From positions 47,426,802-47,490,801 of the forward strand of contig NC_068987.1 in NCBI RefSeq assembly GCF_001194135.2: a stretch of DNA of 64,000 bases, read 5' to 3'. Origin of the DNA: Octopus bimaculoides (taxonomy: Eukaryota). Of the stretch, positions 35,698 through 48,800 are shown one piece after another (the first letter of the stretch is position 1; every line of letters begins with the position of its first letter). Position numbers and translations under genes: made by a program. The notes below the pieces were generated by a model. It did no database searches, had not been told where the DNA came from, and saw only the letters and a program-made list of their open reading frames with translations.

Positions 35698-37691
35698 TAT
35701 ACATGATTTACAAATGTATGTATATATATATATGTGTGTGTGTATATCTGTGTTACTTCCCCACCTTCTTGCTTGACAATCAATGTTGGTTTGCTTTTTG
35801 TCCCTATAACTTAGCAGTTCAGCAAAATGGACCATTAAAATAAGTACCAGATTTAAGATATAAAAAACAAGTACTTAGGTCAATTTGTTTGATATAACCC
35901 TTCAAGATAGTGCCCTAGTATGACTACAGCCAAATGACCGAAACTAGTAAAAGGTGGAAGATTACTTTAAATAATACACTACCTTTGTTTCAGGTCATTA
36001 CCTGAAACAAAGGCAGTGTATTTCAACTGAAGAATAGTAATGCAGAGTTTAAAAGCACAAAAGTTGGGTTCAGTTACAGTCAACACTTACTATTACATTT
36101 ATTATCAGAGAGTTTTCATTGACATCTTATTAAATGTTACTTGATGAGAAGACAATAGTTATTGTGGGTTTAAGCCAAAGTCATGAGTTTAATCCTGACT
36201 AAACCATTGTTTTGGTGGTAGGCTGTAACTGTTATTAATTTGAATGTTGAGCAATGGATTGCTAGAATCCCTAGAGCATCAGACAAAATATTTTGTGGTA
36301 TTTGTTCCAGCTCTTTATGTTCTGTATTGAAATCCTGTTGAAGTCAACTTTGCCTCTCTTCTCTCTTGTGTTGACAAAATAAAATACCAGTTAAAAATAA
36401 TTGATGTAATCAACTAGACCCATCCCCTCAAAAATTGCTGGTCTTGTGCCTAAATTAGAAACAATTACACTGTGTAATGCTATTTTTGTCCATGGGTAGC
36501 AGCTGTTATTTCCTGTTTGCTTGCCCTTAGAAAGTATGACAAACGGTTAATATTTCCTTCAAACTTTGCTTTCCTCAAACTTGTTTCCACTTGGACAGCT
36601 AGAAGTAAACTGAACTGTTGAGCTTATGATTCCTGTGTATATACTGCTATCTATGTTGCCAGAATGTTCTAGAAATTCTTGAAACTTTTAGAAAGTTTAA
36701 GAAAATTCTGCTTCAGCATCTTGGTGCTGAATCTGTCTGAAATGTAATGGAAAATAGGTCAGTTTCAAAACATTGATGTCCAGGTCACAAAAGCGAAGTC
36801 TGATGGGAACGGTAGTCATTTCCTTTGAAAGAAACAAATAGGAAATAGCAGTTACTGGCCAAAGACAAAACACAAATTTGTTACAGTGTTATTAAATGTG
36901 GAGGTAATCTTTAACATTGAGTGAACAAAAATTTAAAAATTAAACTCATTTAAAAGAAAATTTTAGTACTTCCAATTTACAAAAAAGGTCATTTATTTAT
37001 GAAAATTTTTTTTCTATCTTTAACAATCATTTAAGTGTGTAAAATATCTCTTTGAACCTTTCTGGATTTTTTTATCTTGAACAACATTATCTCAATTTCA
37101 CTCTCACTTCATAGTTGAATATTAGGTATTAAAAAGGGAATTCAGCTGAATAAACAGTTGATCCTACAATAAAAAATAACTTTTCATAAATCGTATAGCT
37201 TGTAAGTCCCTTTTAAGAATAAATAGATATGGTGTTGTTTGGATTCTCACTGTTCTGCATGTACCCTATGAAATATCTTTCTTTTACTTGGTTCCATCAT
37301 TAGACAGTGGCAATGCTAGGACACCACACTGGAGGGTTCAGTCGAACAAAATGATCCTAGTACTTATTGCTTTAGCCTGGTATTTATTCTATTAGTCTCT
37401 TTTCATTGAACTGTTAAGTTACAGGGAATGTAAACAAACCAAACACTGTTTGTCAAGCAGTAAGGAGGAACAAATACAAAGACATACACATTCACACACT
37501 TGTGTGTGTGTATGTATACAACAGACTTCTTTCAGTTTCTATCTACCAAATCCACTCACAAGGCTTTGTTTAACACAGGGGCTATAGTAGAAGACACTTA
37601 CCCAAGGTGCCACATAGTGGGACTGAACCTAAATGTGTGTGTGTGTGTGTGTGTGTGTATGAACACTTAGCCTATGTTTGTTATTTTTCAG

Positions 37692-37840
37692 AGGGTGAAA
37701 TTGCTACACCTAATATGTCTGCCCTACAGAAGGTATTACAGAGTGACTTCCTACAGACTGTGCGAGAAGTGTACGAACATGTGTATGAAACAGTCGATAT
37801 CTCTGGCACTCGTGAAGCCCGTGCCAATGCTACAGCAAAG
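37692..37840 (+). CDS. LIN7: LIN7 exon 3 ([50 protein letters not shown])
   Basis: Acceptor ttatttttcag at 37691, donor AAG|GTTGGT at 37841; [28 protein letters not shown] is diagnostic of the LIN7 L27 domain. Confidence 0.96.
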
Positions 37841-38621
37841 GTTGGTGTAAAAGTTTTATTTCAATTGTTTCTTAGGTAGGTGTTGACTATTGTTGGGTGG
37901 CAGAGTAGCTGTGCATGCATGTGTGTCATCGTCATTGTTTTAACATTCACTTATTAGTGAACATGGGTCAGACAGAATTTATTCAGGTAGATTTTCTATG
38001 ACTGGAGGCCTTTCTTGTCATTAACCCTCATATGTTTCAAAGCAAAGTAATATTTCCCCGAGACCTGACATGTTTTCATGGGAGATTGAAAATGAAGGAC
38101 AGAGAGAGATAGTAACACACTCACTCAGACATGCATATATTCATAAATACACACACACACACTTTAGGTTTTTAATTTCCATTGATCAGATCCATTCATA
38201 TGACTTGGCTTGGCCCAGGGCTATAGTAGAAGACACTTGCCCAAGGTGCCACAATGTAGGACTGAACCCAAAGCCATGTGGTTGGAAGAAAACTTTTTAA
38301 GCACTTAGCCACACCTGCATGTATGTAGTTTATTGTGAGGCTTTGTGTGTGTATAGAGGTGACTGCTATATAGTGGAAATGTCTATGCTTGAGAGGTTCT
38401 AAGAGTGTATGTGTATGTGTGTGTGCATGCATATTTGTATGCACACAAGTATAGTTCTATGGAGGTGGCATGGTATATCTGGATAGTTTTGTGAGTTTAT
38501 ATGTTTTGTGAGTTTATATATGTTTATATGTAGTGTATATTGTTATATGAGTTTATATGTAGATATGTCAGAATGTACTGAACTGGTTTCCTCCTATTTT
38601 ATTATTTTTGGTCAATTGCAG

Positions 38622-38831
38622 GCAACTGTAGCTGCATTTGCTGCCAGTGAGGGACATGCCCACCCTCGTGTTGTAGAACTGCCTAAAACTGAAGATGGTC
38701 TTGGTTTCAATGTGATGGGAGGAAAGGAGCAGAACTCTCCTATATACATATCCCGAATTATTCCTGATGGTGTGGCAGCAAGAGAAGGTGGCCTTAAACG
38801 TGGTGACCAACTGATATCAGTCAATGGAGAG
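38622..38831 (+). CDS. LIN7: LIN7 exon 4 ([70 protein letters not shown]), PDZ domain
   Basis: Acceptor ttgcag at 38621, donor GAG|GTAAGT at 38832; 210 nt, phase 0-0; GLGF loop and [14 protein letters not shown] are LIN7-specific. Confidence 0.97.
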
Positions 38832-40429
38832 GTAAGTCTTACTTATAAACGTTTAGATTCAGTGGCAATTTACTAAAAGTATAGATTTGGTGATAGTTAA
38901 ATAATATTTATTTTATAGAGATTACCACTGATTTGAGTGATGGTAAACTAAGCAGCAATTGATTCTGCACCAGATGAGGAAATAATCTTAAGAATCTAGA
39001 ATTCTATAGAACTGACACACTTTTAAAAAAAATACTCAAAGTGAAGATAATTTCATTAAATCAGTAACTTTTCTTCTATGGTAATAAATATACTCTTAAT
39101 CATCTTTGCTGTCCAAATTCATGGCACTAGTTGCTCACAGTTATGTCTCATAACACCTTTTCTTATTTAATTATGCAAATTGTTCCAGGCTGTAAATGTC
39201 CTCCACTCTTTTCCTCTGTGTCTATGTCTAATATCTGGTTGGAGTCAAGGTAGGACAGTCACTGTGTTGTTATAGAAGAATGTGTCCAAAGCTATCCTCA
39301 TGTCTTCAGGAAAAACATTGTCTTTTCTTTAATGGTATGTCATGTGTGTAGGTGGATGGGTGTTCACCTTCCTGTCACCAACTTCCACTTGTTTCCAAGT
39401 GAGGGAATAATTTCCCAGCCTGGACTTGTTTACATGGAAAACTATATGAGCCCTGTATGAACAATCCTTTTGTTTAGAAAGATTGTGCAACATGTTAAGA
39501 TATGTCATGAAACTAGGACATGATTTACAAACCCATTGTTTTCAATTAATGAACACGGATATATGTAAACAAGGAAAATAGAAATTCACTCACACAAATA
39601 CACACACACATACACACACATATAGACACATACACATATAGTTTTTCTCTACTGAATACACTCAGTAGGCTTTAGTTGGATCAGGACTATTGTAGAAGAC
39701 AACTGTGCAAAGTCCCACAGTGGTACTGAACCCTAAACCACTTAGTTGAGAAGCAAACTTCTTAACAACACAGCTGTGTCTATATATATGATGCTATGTT
39801 TTTATCATGGAATCTTCATGAGGGAAACACAGAGGTGGTTACAGTTGTTTTCCTCTGAGTATTTTTTATGGAACACCAGCTTGTTTGCTAGAGACAGACA
39901 AGCTTGCCACATCTATCTGGGCACTCATAAAGTAAAGAGCTAAAATGAATGAAACAAAATATTTTGTCCCATTCTCTGTCAATCTAATGCTTTGAACTCC
40001 TGTTTAATTTTACTGACCCCAGAAAAGTGAAAAGCAATATTAACTTCAGTAGGTGTTGAACTCAGAATGGAAAATGCCCAATCAAATTTACTACCAGTTT
40101 CAGAATTGACTTTTCAATGTACTTTCTTTCTGTTTGAGGTCAAGAGACTGGTTTGAGGAAGAAGGGCTGCTAGAATGTTGACCAATGAAATGAAGATTAA
40201 TGACTTGTAGGCACGTAGTATTTCGTTATGCAACCATGATATACTATAAAGTATATTAAATGTTTTTTATGAGTCAACACCACATTCTACTGTGTTTGCA
40301 GTGCTCTTTGCATTATTTTGTGAAGGTTATTTCTCCAGAAATTATAGCCAGCACTGATTTTTTGCTACAACGTTTTGTATCAAGACATCAGATGTAAACA
40401 AACAATGAGATCGGAGATAAAACTGGGTA

Positions 40430-40480
40430 ATGAGTGTATATGCCATATTTCAGGGGTTTTGCTCCTTCATCAGCACTCAT
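40430..40480 (-). ncRNA. Minimal type I hammerhead ribozyme motif with intact catalytic core
   Basis: Minus strand: atgagtg-CTGATGA-aggagcaaaacccct-GAAA-tatggcata-TA-cactcat. 7-bp stem I; near-palindromic stem III ATATGGCATAT; AUA site. Confidence 0.72.
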
Positions 40481-40749
40481 CTAACCTACACTTGCCTCCA
40501 AACACATTGTTTATATAGCCACCACATGCAGCGGTGTTAAGTTATTGGATGTACCAATTTACATATTAAACACATTCCTGGGGCTGGTGTGGTGTTACAT
40601 AACAAAATACCACATGCCTACAAGTCATTAATATCTACATACCAGCCCCAAGAACGTGTTTAATATGTAAATTGGTATATCCAATACCATAAACAGAACT
40701 GAATGTGGTAGCTATATAAACAATGTGTTCGGTGGCAAGAGTGGGTTAG

Positions 40750-40800
40750 ATGAGTGCTGATGAAGGAGCAAAACCCCCCAAAATATGGCATATATGCTCA
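40750..40800 (+). ncRNA. Mirror hammerhead copy with core mutation (GAAA to AAAA)
   Basis: atgagtg-CTGATGA-aggagcaaaaccccc-AAAA-tatggcata-TA-tgctcat. Confidence 0.55.
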
Positions 40801-41119
40801 TTACCCATTTTTGTCTCCAGTCTCATTGTTTGTTTACATCTGACATCTTGATACGAAGCATAGCAAAAAATCAGTGATGGCTATAATTTCTGTATAAATA
40901 ACTTTAAAATAATGAAATGATGCTCCTACATAATGAAGACATGGCTATGTGGTTGATAAGTTCGCTTTGCAACCGCATGGTTTCGGGTTCGGTCCCACTG
41001 CATGGCACCTTGGACAAATGTCTTCTACAATAATAGCTCCTGGTTTACTAATGTCTTATGAGTGCATTTGGTAGAATGAAATTGTGGGGAAGCCTGTGTG
41101 TGTGAGAGAGAGAGAGGGT

Positions 41120-41520
41120 GAAAGTGTGTGGTTAAGTGGTTAGGATAGTCAACTCAAGATCGTAAGGTTGTGAGTTCGATACCTGGCAGCGCGTTGTGTC
41201 CTTGAGCAAGACACTTTATTTCACGTTGCTCCAGTCCACTCAGCTGGCAAAAATGAGTAGTACTTGTATTTCAAAGGGCCAACCGTCCCACATTCTCTGT
41301 TATGCTTAGTCTNNNNNNNNNNGCAAAAATGAGTAGTACTTGTATTTCAAAGGGCCAACCGTCCCACATTCTCTGTTATGCTTAGTCTCCTTGACAATTA
41401 TGTTAAGGGTACGCATATTTGTGGACTGCTCAGCCACTTACATGTTAATTTCACGAGTAGGCTTTTCTCTTGATCAAATCAAGTGGAACCCTGTCTTCAT
41501 AACTGACAGAGTGCCAGTGT
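41120..41520 (+). mobile_element. SINE with tRNA-like head and CORE-like centre
   Basis: GTGGTTAAGTGGTTAGG...GTGAGTTCGATACC...TTGTGTCCTTGAGCAAGACACTT; related copies at about 58230-58370 and 59100-59350 (-). Confidence 0.65.
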
Positions 41521-41534
41521 GTGTAGTATGCATA

Positions 41535-41584
<50 letters not shown>

Positions 41585-42952
41585 CACACACACACACACA
41601 CAGGTGTGGCTGTGTTCTTGAGAAGTTTGGGGTTCAGTCTGACTGAGACATCTAGGGCAAGTATCTTTTACTGTAACCCCATGCCAACTAAAACTTTGTG
41701 AGTGAATTCTTTTGATGAAAATTGAAAGAAGCCTGTTAAATATATTTATACATGTGTATGCATATGTATGTGTGTTACTATCTTTGTCATACATGTGGTG
41801 TTCTTATTTCCAATCTTCTGTGAAAATATGTCCAGCTAGAGTAACATATTACCTTACTTAAACAGTTGAAGGTTGGTGTCAGGAAGGTCATCCAGTCATA
41901 GAAAATCTGCTTCAACAAAATCAGCCCAACCTGTGCAAGCCAGAAAAGTGGACCTTAAAATGATATGATGATGAAGATTGTGATTATATACATGGTTATT
42001 ACAACTGGTACCTCACATCTAGTTATTCAGATTCCATGTTCTCAATCATCTGAGTGAATATGAAGTCTGATGACCAGAAACATGAAATTTGAATAGCTAT
42101 ATGCTGAGTGTCATCTGTCATAAACATAAATACACTTGTTCCTTGGCATTGAGTGTTGTTTTTCACTTCTCCCCAGTGCTTACCGTATTTTCTGGCATAC
42201 AAGTTGAATTTTTCAAACCAAAATTTACAGCCAAAAAAAGTAAGTTGACTTATGTACCAAGATAACTTTGGAGCACCAAAAATTCCATGTGAAATTGAGT
42301 AGAATTTGGAAAGATAGTGACAACATTTGAATGTTTACTCTAGGCTTGTGTCAATTTATATGCTGGGAAATGTGTTTGTCGCTCCCATCATTTGACAACT
42401 GGCGTTGGTTTGTTTACATCCCCTTAATTTAGAAGTTTAGCAATATGTACCAGTCTTAAAAATAAATACTAGCATCAATTTGTGTGATTAAACTCATCTA
42501 AGCAGTGCCCCAGCTGCAGTCTAATGAACTGAAAGAAGTAAAAAGCTAAAAGAATTAGCTCAAAGCACTGTGCTGAGATACAAAGCACCAGAAACAATAA
42601 TCAAAGAACAATAATTGATGCACTCTAAGTCAGACCTTTTTACCTGTCTCTGCAATGACAACCGCCTGAAGTTGTAAGTACACAGAAACAGAGTGGACCA
42701 TTGTGGAAACACTATATGTATGCCCACACTCATGTTTTCTTGTACTATTCAACACTATAGTATCTTGTAGTGAAGATTGTTTGCCAACATAACATGGCAA
42801 ACAATCTTTACTACAAAGTACTGTTGCTGAATATCTCACATTGTGAGATTTAAAAATAGCAATTTTCTAACTAGAGTATCTCTTCATTTGGAAGAGGCAT
42901 GAGATAACTGGAACATTCTTTCTGTAGACCACATCTGCTTGTCATGTGTGTT

Positions 42953-43000
<48 letters not shown>

Positions 43001-44563
43001 TACATATGTGCATGCGCGTGCCCACACACACATGGCAGGCCACTCTTAGTGCTATTTGTAACACGTAACCCAGTACAACCTGTTGCATGGTTGGGTGTCA
43101 GCAACTGTTTGACAACCCCATCAAGTCTGCTGGTTATGGACGATGAGTTTTGTTGGACACTCTGCAGGATGAAAAACAAAACCTGTCAAAAGGATAGAAG
43201 AACTCAACAGAGTCAGTAGCCATCCAAAATCTTGGAATGAGAAACCTCAAGTCTTTGTTTAGACATCTCTCTAGAAGAAGGAAATTCCGAAATAACACCC
43301 AAGTCATTGTGAATCCAGAGATCTTGCTTGTTTCTGTTGGTGAGAATCTTAGTGGTATTGTACAAGCTGTTGTTAACTTTAAATTTCAACATGGCCATTG
43401 TGACAGCCATTGTTTTTAATATTTAAGATAAGATAATTTGTGAGCAATGGTTGTACTTGTTTACAAGTTGACAGCCACCATGTATATACGTGTATATGTA
43501 TGCATGCAAACGTGTTTGTGCTTCCTTGTCTTAACATCATGTGATAGTTGTAAGCGAGTCACTGTCATAAAGACAGTGTCATTCATTTCCAGTCTTCTGT
43601 GAAAATATGTCCATTCTGACCAAGGGGGAATATTACTTTACTTGGAAACACATGAGGAAGGGCATCCAGCTGTAGAAAATCTGCCTTAGCAAATTCCATA
43701 TAACCCATGCAAGCATGGAAAAGTGTACATTAAGTGATGAGGATGAATGCATAAAATAATCCAATCACTAAAAAAGGAAGCCTCTAGGAAGTCATCAGGT
43801 CCACTAGAAGCTCGATATCTCTCTGGTTCATTTTCCACTGTTTTAAAACAGTGGGGTTGGGAAAGAACAGGATAAAGTAGTAGTATTTAAAAAAGAAAAA
43901 AAAGTAGGAGGGTCATTTTGGAACAGGTTTAATCATAGTTTTGCTGTATGAAGATTGACATAGGGTGGTCATACTAAACAATGATATTTATTCTACCTCT
44001 GTCTGAAAACATGGTGACAAAACGTTTTGATGATGAATGTTTTTTGAACTGAGAGAGGACATTATCAGGTTTATACATGAAACCTGACTTAGTGAAACAC
44101 AGTATATATTCAGTGCTGAACTGGTGTCAAACAACATTTTATAAGTAAATGAACATATCTTATTGTTTCTTGGGAGGGTCATCATGCCAATAATATTAAA
44201 CACATACACTGACCCAATTTCACTTCTTTATTGTTAGTCAATTGGTTAGTCATCACTTGTTTGTTTACCCTGTTGGTTAAACAATCAGTTGTTTGTCAAA
44301 GTCCTGGGGCATATCATTGATGAGGTTGCAAATGTCAATGAAAGGACTTTGACAAACAATTGATTAGTTAGTTGGTTAGGTAACTAACCAATTTACTTAC
44401 AGTAAAGAGGTGAAATTGAACCAGGGCATGTGTGTTATTATTATTGGTGTAAAGACTTTCCCAAGATACTAGATTTGTTCCAACACACAAGTTTACATCA
44501 AGAATTTTGGAAACCAAATACAAAAAGAACCAAATAAATTTACTTTCTCCTCGTATTTTACAG

Positions 44564-44618
44564 AGTGTGGAAGGAGAACACCATGAGAAAGCTGTGGAAC
44601 TGCTCAAGAATGCTGTGG
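44564..44618 (+). CDS. LIN7: LIN7 exon 5 (SVEGEHHEKAVELLKNAV + G)
   Basis: Acceptor tattttacag at 44563, donor G|GTAGGT at 44619; SVEGEHHEKAVELLK is the LIN7 PDZ helix B. Too short for the ORF track. Confidence 0.95.
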
Positions 44619-45028
44619 GTAGGTGTCTTCTTTCACAATCTCCCATACTGGAAGGTTTTCTTTTGTGATTTAAATATTTCCAATTGCTAGAGCTATGATG
44701 TTTTAGCAAAGTCATACAGGCATAGGCATGGCTATGTGGTTAAAACTTCCTAACTACATGGTCTTAGATTCAATCCCATTGTGTAGTACCTTGGGTAGCT
44801 GTCTTTGATTCTAACCTTGGGCTGATCAAAGCCTTGGGAGTGGATTTGGTGGATAGAAGCTGTTCACAGTTTGCTGCCCAGACTCTTGTATTCTGTCACA
44901 TCATATTCGAAGTTCAAATCCCACTAAGGTTTATATTTACCATAGTTGCATGGCATAATTAATGAATATTAAGATAGTTATTAAACAATTGTTTCCAATA
45001 TTTTATATATTTTTTTCATCCGTTTCAG

Positions 45029-45129
45029 GTACAGTTCGATTGGTTGTGCGGTATACACCTAAAATTCTTGAAGAAATGGAAGCCAGATTTGATAAAACCC
45101 GTTCTGCTAGACGAAGAGCTTCACCTTAG
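45029..45129 (+). CDS. LIN7: LIN7 exon 6, terminal coding exon ([33 protein letters not shown])
   Basis: Acceptor ccgtttcag at 45028; [14 protein letters not shown].RF matches the LIN7 C-terminus; TAG at 45127-45129. Exon lengths sum to 594 nt = 197 aa + stop. Confidence 0.95.
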
Positions 45130-45524
45130 ATTCTTCATCAAGTTCAGGAGGGATTTATATTTCCAACCATTCCACCCATGTGATTAATTTCCATGGGATC
45201 ATCTTCAAATGCCTCCCACCCTCCTCCATTTCTTTTGTTAACTTTTCGGATGTAGTTAGTTGGTCTTTTCAATAATTTGTATATCTTTGTAAATTGCCGA
45301 GTTAACCCACTTCATATGAGACACATATTTCAAGAAAATTTTATCATCAAGGTTTTCCCTTTCTTTTCCTTTTTATTCTAGAAATGTATTCTTGTCTTCT
45401 TCACAAGATGTAAAAATTGATTTCTGCAGTCCTCTTTTATAGAGGCAACTTCTCAACAAGGAAGAAGACTCACATATAAATGTATGCATGTATATGTGTG
45501 CAATCATGCATGTGTTTGTGTATA

Positions 45525-45592
<68 letters not shown>

Positions 45593-46341
45593 CATGTATG
45601 TATATGTGCAGATATATGTATACACACACACATATGCATGCATATTTACAACAATACTCACTAACGTGTGTCTATATATACATGCTTACATGCATGTGTA
45701 TCATTCTATATGCATACCTGTGGTACATGTTGAATACATTAAAATTTATTATAAAACTTATAAGAAATGGTCTTTTGTTTCTTAATGTTGCAAACACTTG
45801 AAGATGTTATTCTAAACAGGTCTTAAATGAAACAAATCTGTCATTTCAACCAAGCAGCAACTATCTCCTTCTGTAATGTACCAAACAAGAAATTACAACA
45901 GCTGGCAGCCATTCCATAACATGCTGAGATATCCCATTAACATCATCAAATATATTGACTTCATACCAATATGGATAACCTTACACAGGCTGTGAACTAA
46001 GCTATTCAATGGTAAAGTAGAATATGACTTAAAAAGCAGTCTTGCTTGATCTGACAATTACATCCATCAAAAGTGTATGAACATAGTTATCATTCTTAAC
46101 AGAGCAAGGAAATTATGTTCTAAAATTCAAAACCAAAGGTTACAATTTCAAATTTTGCTGATGGTTGTGTACCATTATTTAAATAAAATGGATGACATTA
46201 AGAAAGTGTTTCTGTTTACATAATATAAAGGTGATATTTTTTCCCAGATTATCATCATTGTTATTGTTTCTCAGGAGGGCCATTATGCCAATAATGAACA
46301 CACTCACCAGTTCTACTACAAATATTCTTTATTTTTATATT

Positions 46342-46776
46342 TGCCAATTGGTTAACCGTTTAATCACTAACTAATCAGTTGTTTGATTAATCATTCAGCC
46401 AACCAATCAATCAGCTGGGCTTTTGGTAAAATCCTTTTGTCACCTAATCAATGACATGCTCTCCATATCTGCTTCAGATCTGTCTGTCTGTCTCCTAGTT
46501 TACAGGTTCTGTATATTTATATGGATATGAATGAGAATGTGAGAGAGAAAGAGAGACCATGTCTGTGAGTGCATGTTTGTGCATGTGCACACACATATAC
46601 ACATACTTAGTCATAATATCCTCACCTTACACAGACAGGAACATGCACACACATTTACACACGTCCTCTCTCACACATATACTCACATAATTCACTGCCA
46701 CACAAATGCACATCAGTACCTACAAACATGTGCACGCACACACACGCACACACACACACGCACACACACACACACA

Positions 46777-46835
<59 letters not shown>

Positions 46836-46911
46836 ATTGCAAATAACTATGAAAGGACTTTGATAAACCTAGCTGGTTATTGATTGACTGAATGATTGGC
46901 AAATAAAGATA
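46342..46911. mobile_element. MITE-like element with inverted ends and internal CA/CT microsatellites, downstream of the LIN7 stop
   Basis: AATCATTCAGCCAACCAATCAATCAGCTGGG...AAATCCTTT is the reverse complement of AAAGGACTTTGATAAACCTAGCTGG...GAATGATTGGCAA; related hairpin at 44283-44365. Confidence 0.55.
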
Positions 46912-47024
46912 AAGAAGCGAAACAGAATGTGTTTATTGACATGTTGACCCTTCCAAGATACAACAAAATATGCTACAACAGAAGTTCACATCAAAACCAA
47001 ATACTAAAACAAAATATCATTGTA

Positions 47025-48295
47025 TTAGGTTGTTTGGAATATAATGGCCGATTTTAAAAATAAGCCTATATTGTTAAAAAACTGAACTTGTACAAAGGTT
47101 TAATTATTCAAAATATGATCCCTGAAGAGCTATGTATTTCTCCAATTGCTTAACAGGGTCATTTATGCCTCTTTGGATAAAAATCCAAAGGTTTTGATGC
47201 TAAGAAATCCTTGAATTCAGTGTCACCTCAGTTTTGGAACTGAAGGTTCTTTGCCTTAAACAAGTGTCTAGATACTTTAAAAAGTGGTAGTTGGTGGGTG
47301 AGAGATTTGGAGAATGTGGTAAAGTCTTGTATCCCAAGTCTGTGAGCTTCTGTAGCATCATTCTGGAAATGTGTAGTCGAATGTTATGGAGCAGAATTGA
47401 ACTGCATCGATTAACAAGTGCAGGTCTTATTTCGCTCAATTGAACATGCGTTTCTTCCAGTTGCTTACAGTAAACTTCCAATGTAATGCTCTGGTTAGGT
47501 TCCAGAAAGCTGTAATGGATGACACCAACAGTAGATCACCAGACAGTCGCCATAATCTTCTGCTGATGCAACTTTGGTTTTGGGAAATGTTTGGGTGATT
47601 CATCACGATCTAGCCATTGACTTGATCACTTACGATTGTCATAAAGATCCATTTTCCATCACAAGTCACTATTTGATCAAGAAATGGGTCGTTAGAATTT
47701 CACAGAGAGAGCATCGAACACACTTGAAAACGCTGAGGTCTTTGATTTTCATTGCAGTTGTGCGGGACCCATTTATCAAGTTTTTTCAAGTTGACAATTT
47801 TCTTCAGGTGATCTGATACTGTTGAAACACTGACGCCAAGTATATGAGACATTTCTCTGGCACTTTGTCATGGCTTTTGTTCGACTATTGTTTTCAAATG
47901 CTGATCATGGAGGGCAGATGGACATCCTCTACCTTCTTGATCTTCAAGGCTCTCATCCCTACTACAGAATCTCACAAACCACCATTGTACTGTCATATCA
48001 CTATTGGACCCTTCATCCCATGCTCTGTTGATATTGGCAGCTGTTTGGGAAGCATTGTGTCCAAGCTTGAATTCATGCCAAGAAAGTAAATGCATTTCTT
48101 CTTTTTTCATGTTTGGAATTAAGGATTTCTACACTTCAAAAATATATTCTGAAAGAAATCAACAAGAATGTATTAGAGTACACATCGATTATTAAGCAAG
48201 TAAAACTTTGTCTAAAACACTACAAAAATAATATCTTAAATTGAATTTGAAGAAATGTTTCTGAAAAATCGGACAGTATTTTCCAAACAACATAA
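47025..48295 (-). mobile_element. Second full-length decayed copy of the 16454 mariner family
   Basis: TA|TTAGGTTGTTTGGAA left TIR, degenerate right TIR TTCCAAACAACATAA; HEFKLGHNASQTAANINRA and LGYKTLPHSP remnants. Confidence 0.88.
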
Positions 48296-48599
48296 TGTTT
48301 CCATGCTAGTATGGGTTAGATAAATCTGCTTCATCACAGCTCCATTCTGTTGTCATGTCTTTCTCAAGGCTCAGTAGCAAGTGATTATCCTTCATCGGAT
48401 CTTCCGATGTTTTCCTCAGTCTTCCTCTTCCATAAACTTGTTCCATTTTGACCACTGGACTTTTCTTCACCCAACTATCATCCTTCATACTGGGTGTTTG
48501 GGCTAAATTTGACAGTTTGTATAAAAGGAAAAAATATATATACCATCCAGAAGTAAAAATATTTTTTAAAAATTCAAAAATATGTAGAGTGGCATGATA

Positions 48600-48800
48600 C
48601 AGTCAGAACACCTGCTGTGTTCCTTTCAGCTGGCCATGGGTTTTATAGTCTCTATTGCAGCTGCCCATGTCATGTCTCACTGCCTTTAGTGTGTTCACAA
48701 AGCACTGAGCTGCAGTCATGATGTTGGCCCTTTGATACCCAGCACAAATTATCATAATACAAATAGCTCTTTTCCAATATTCTGATGGTCTCCAGTCCAC
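48600..48800 (-). mobile_element. Probable N-terminal fragment of a maT-like transposase
   Basis: EYWKRAICIMIICAG...IMTAAQC resembles a Tc1/mariner N-terminal HTH; weak recognition only. Confidence 0.35.

Larger units (their letters stand above)
40325..40903. mobile_element. 579-bp foldback element: arms 40325-40590 / 40637-40903, about 46-bp spacer, flanked by TGAA / TTAA
   Basis: Arms align as reverse complements over their whole length, many differences being CpG decay; RG...CY termini. Confidence 0.85.

Noticed and set aside
41247-41388. 66-bp exact tandem duplication
   Set aside because: The copies sit either side of a 10-N gap; typical unmerged contig overlap.
42067-42085. Hammerhead-like CTGATGAccaGAAAC
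   Set aside because: No stem II can form and there is no matching stem I/III; likewise CTGATGA at 8852 and at 29782 (the latter is RT YADD coding sequence).
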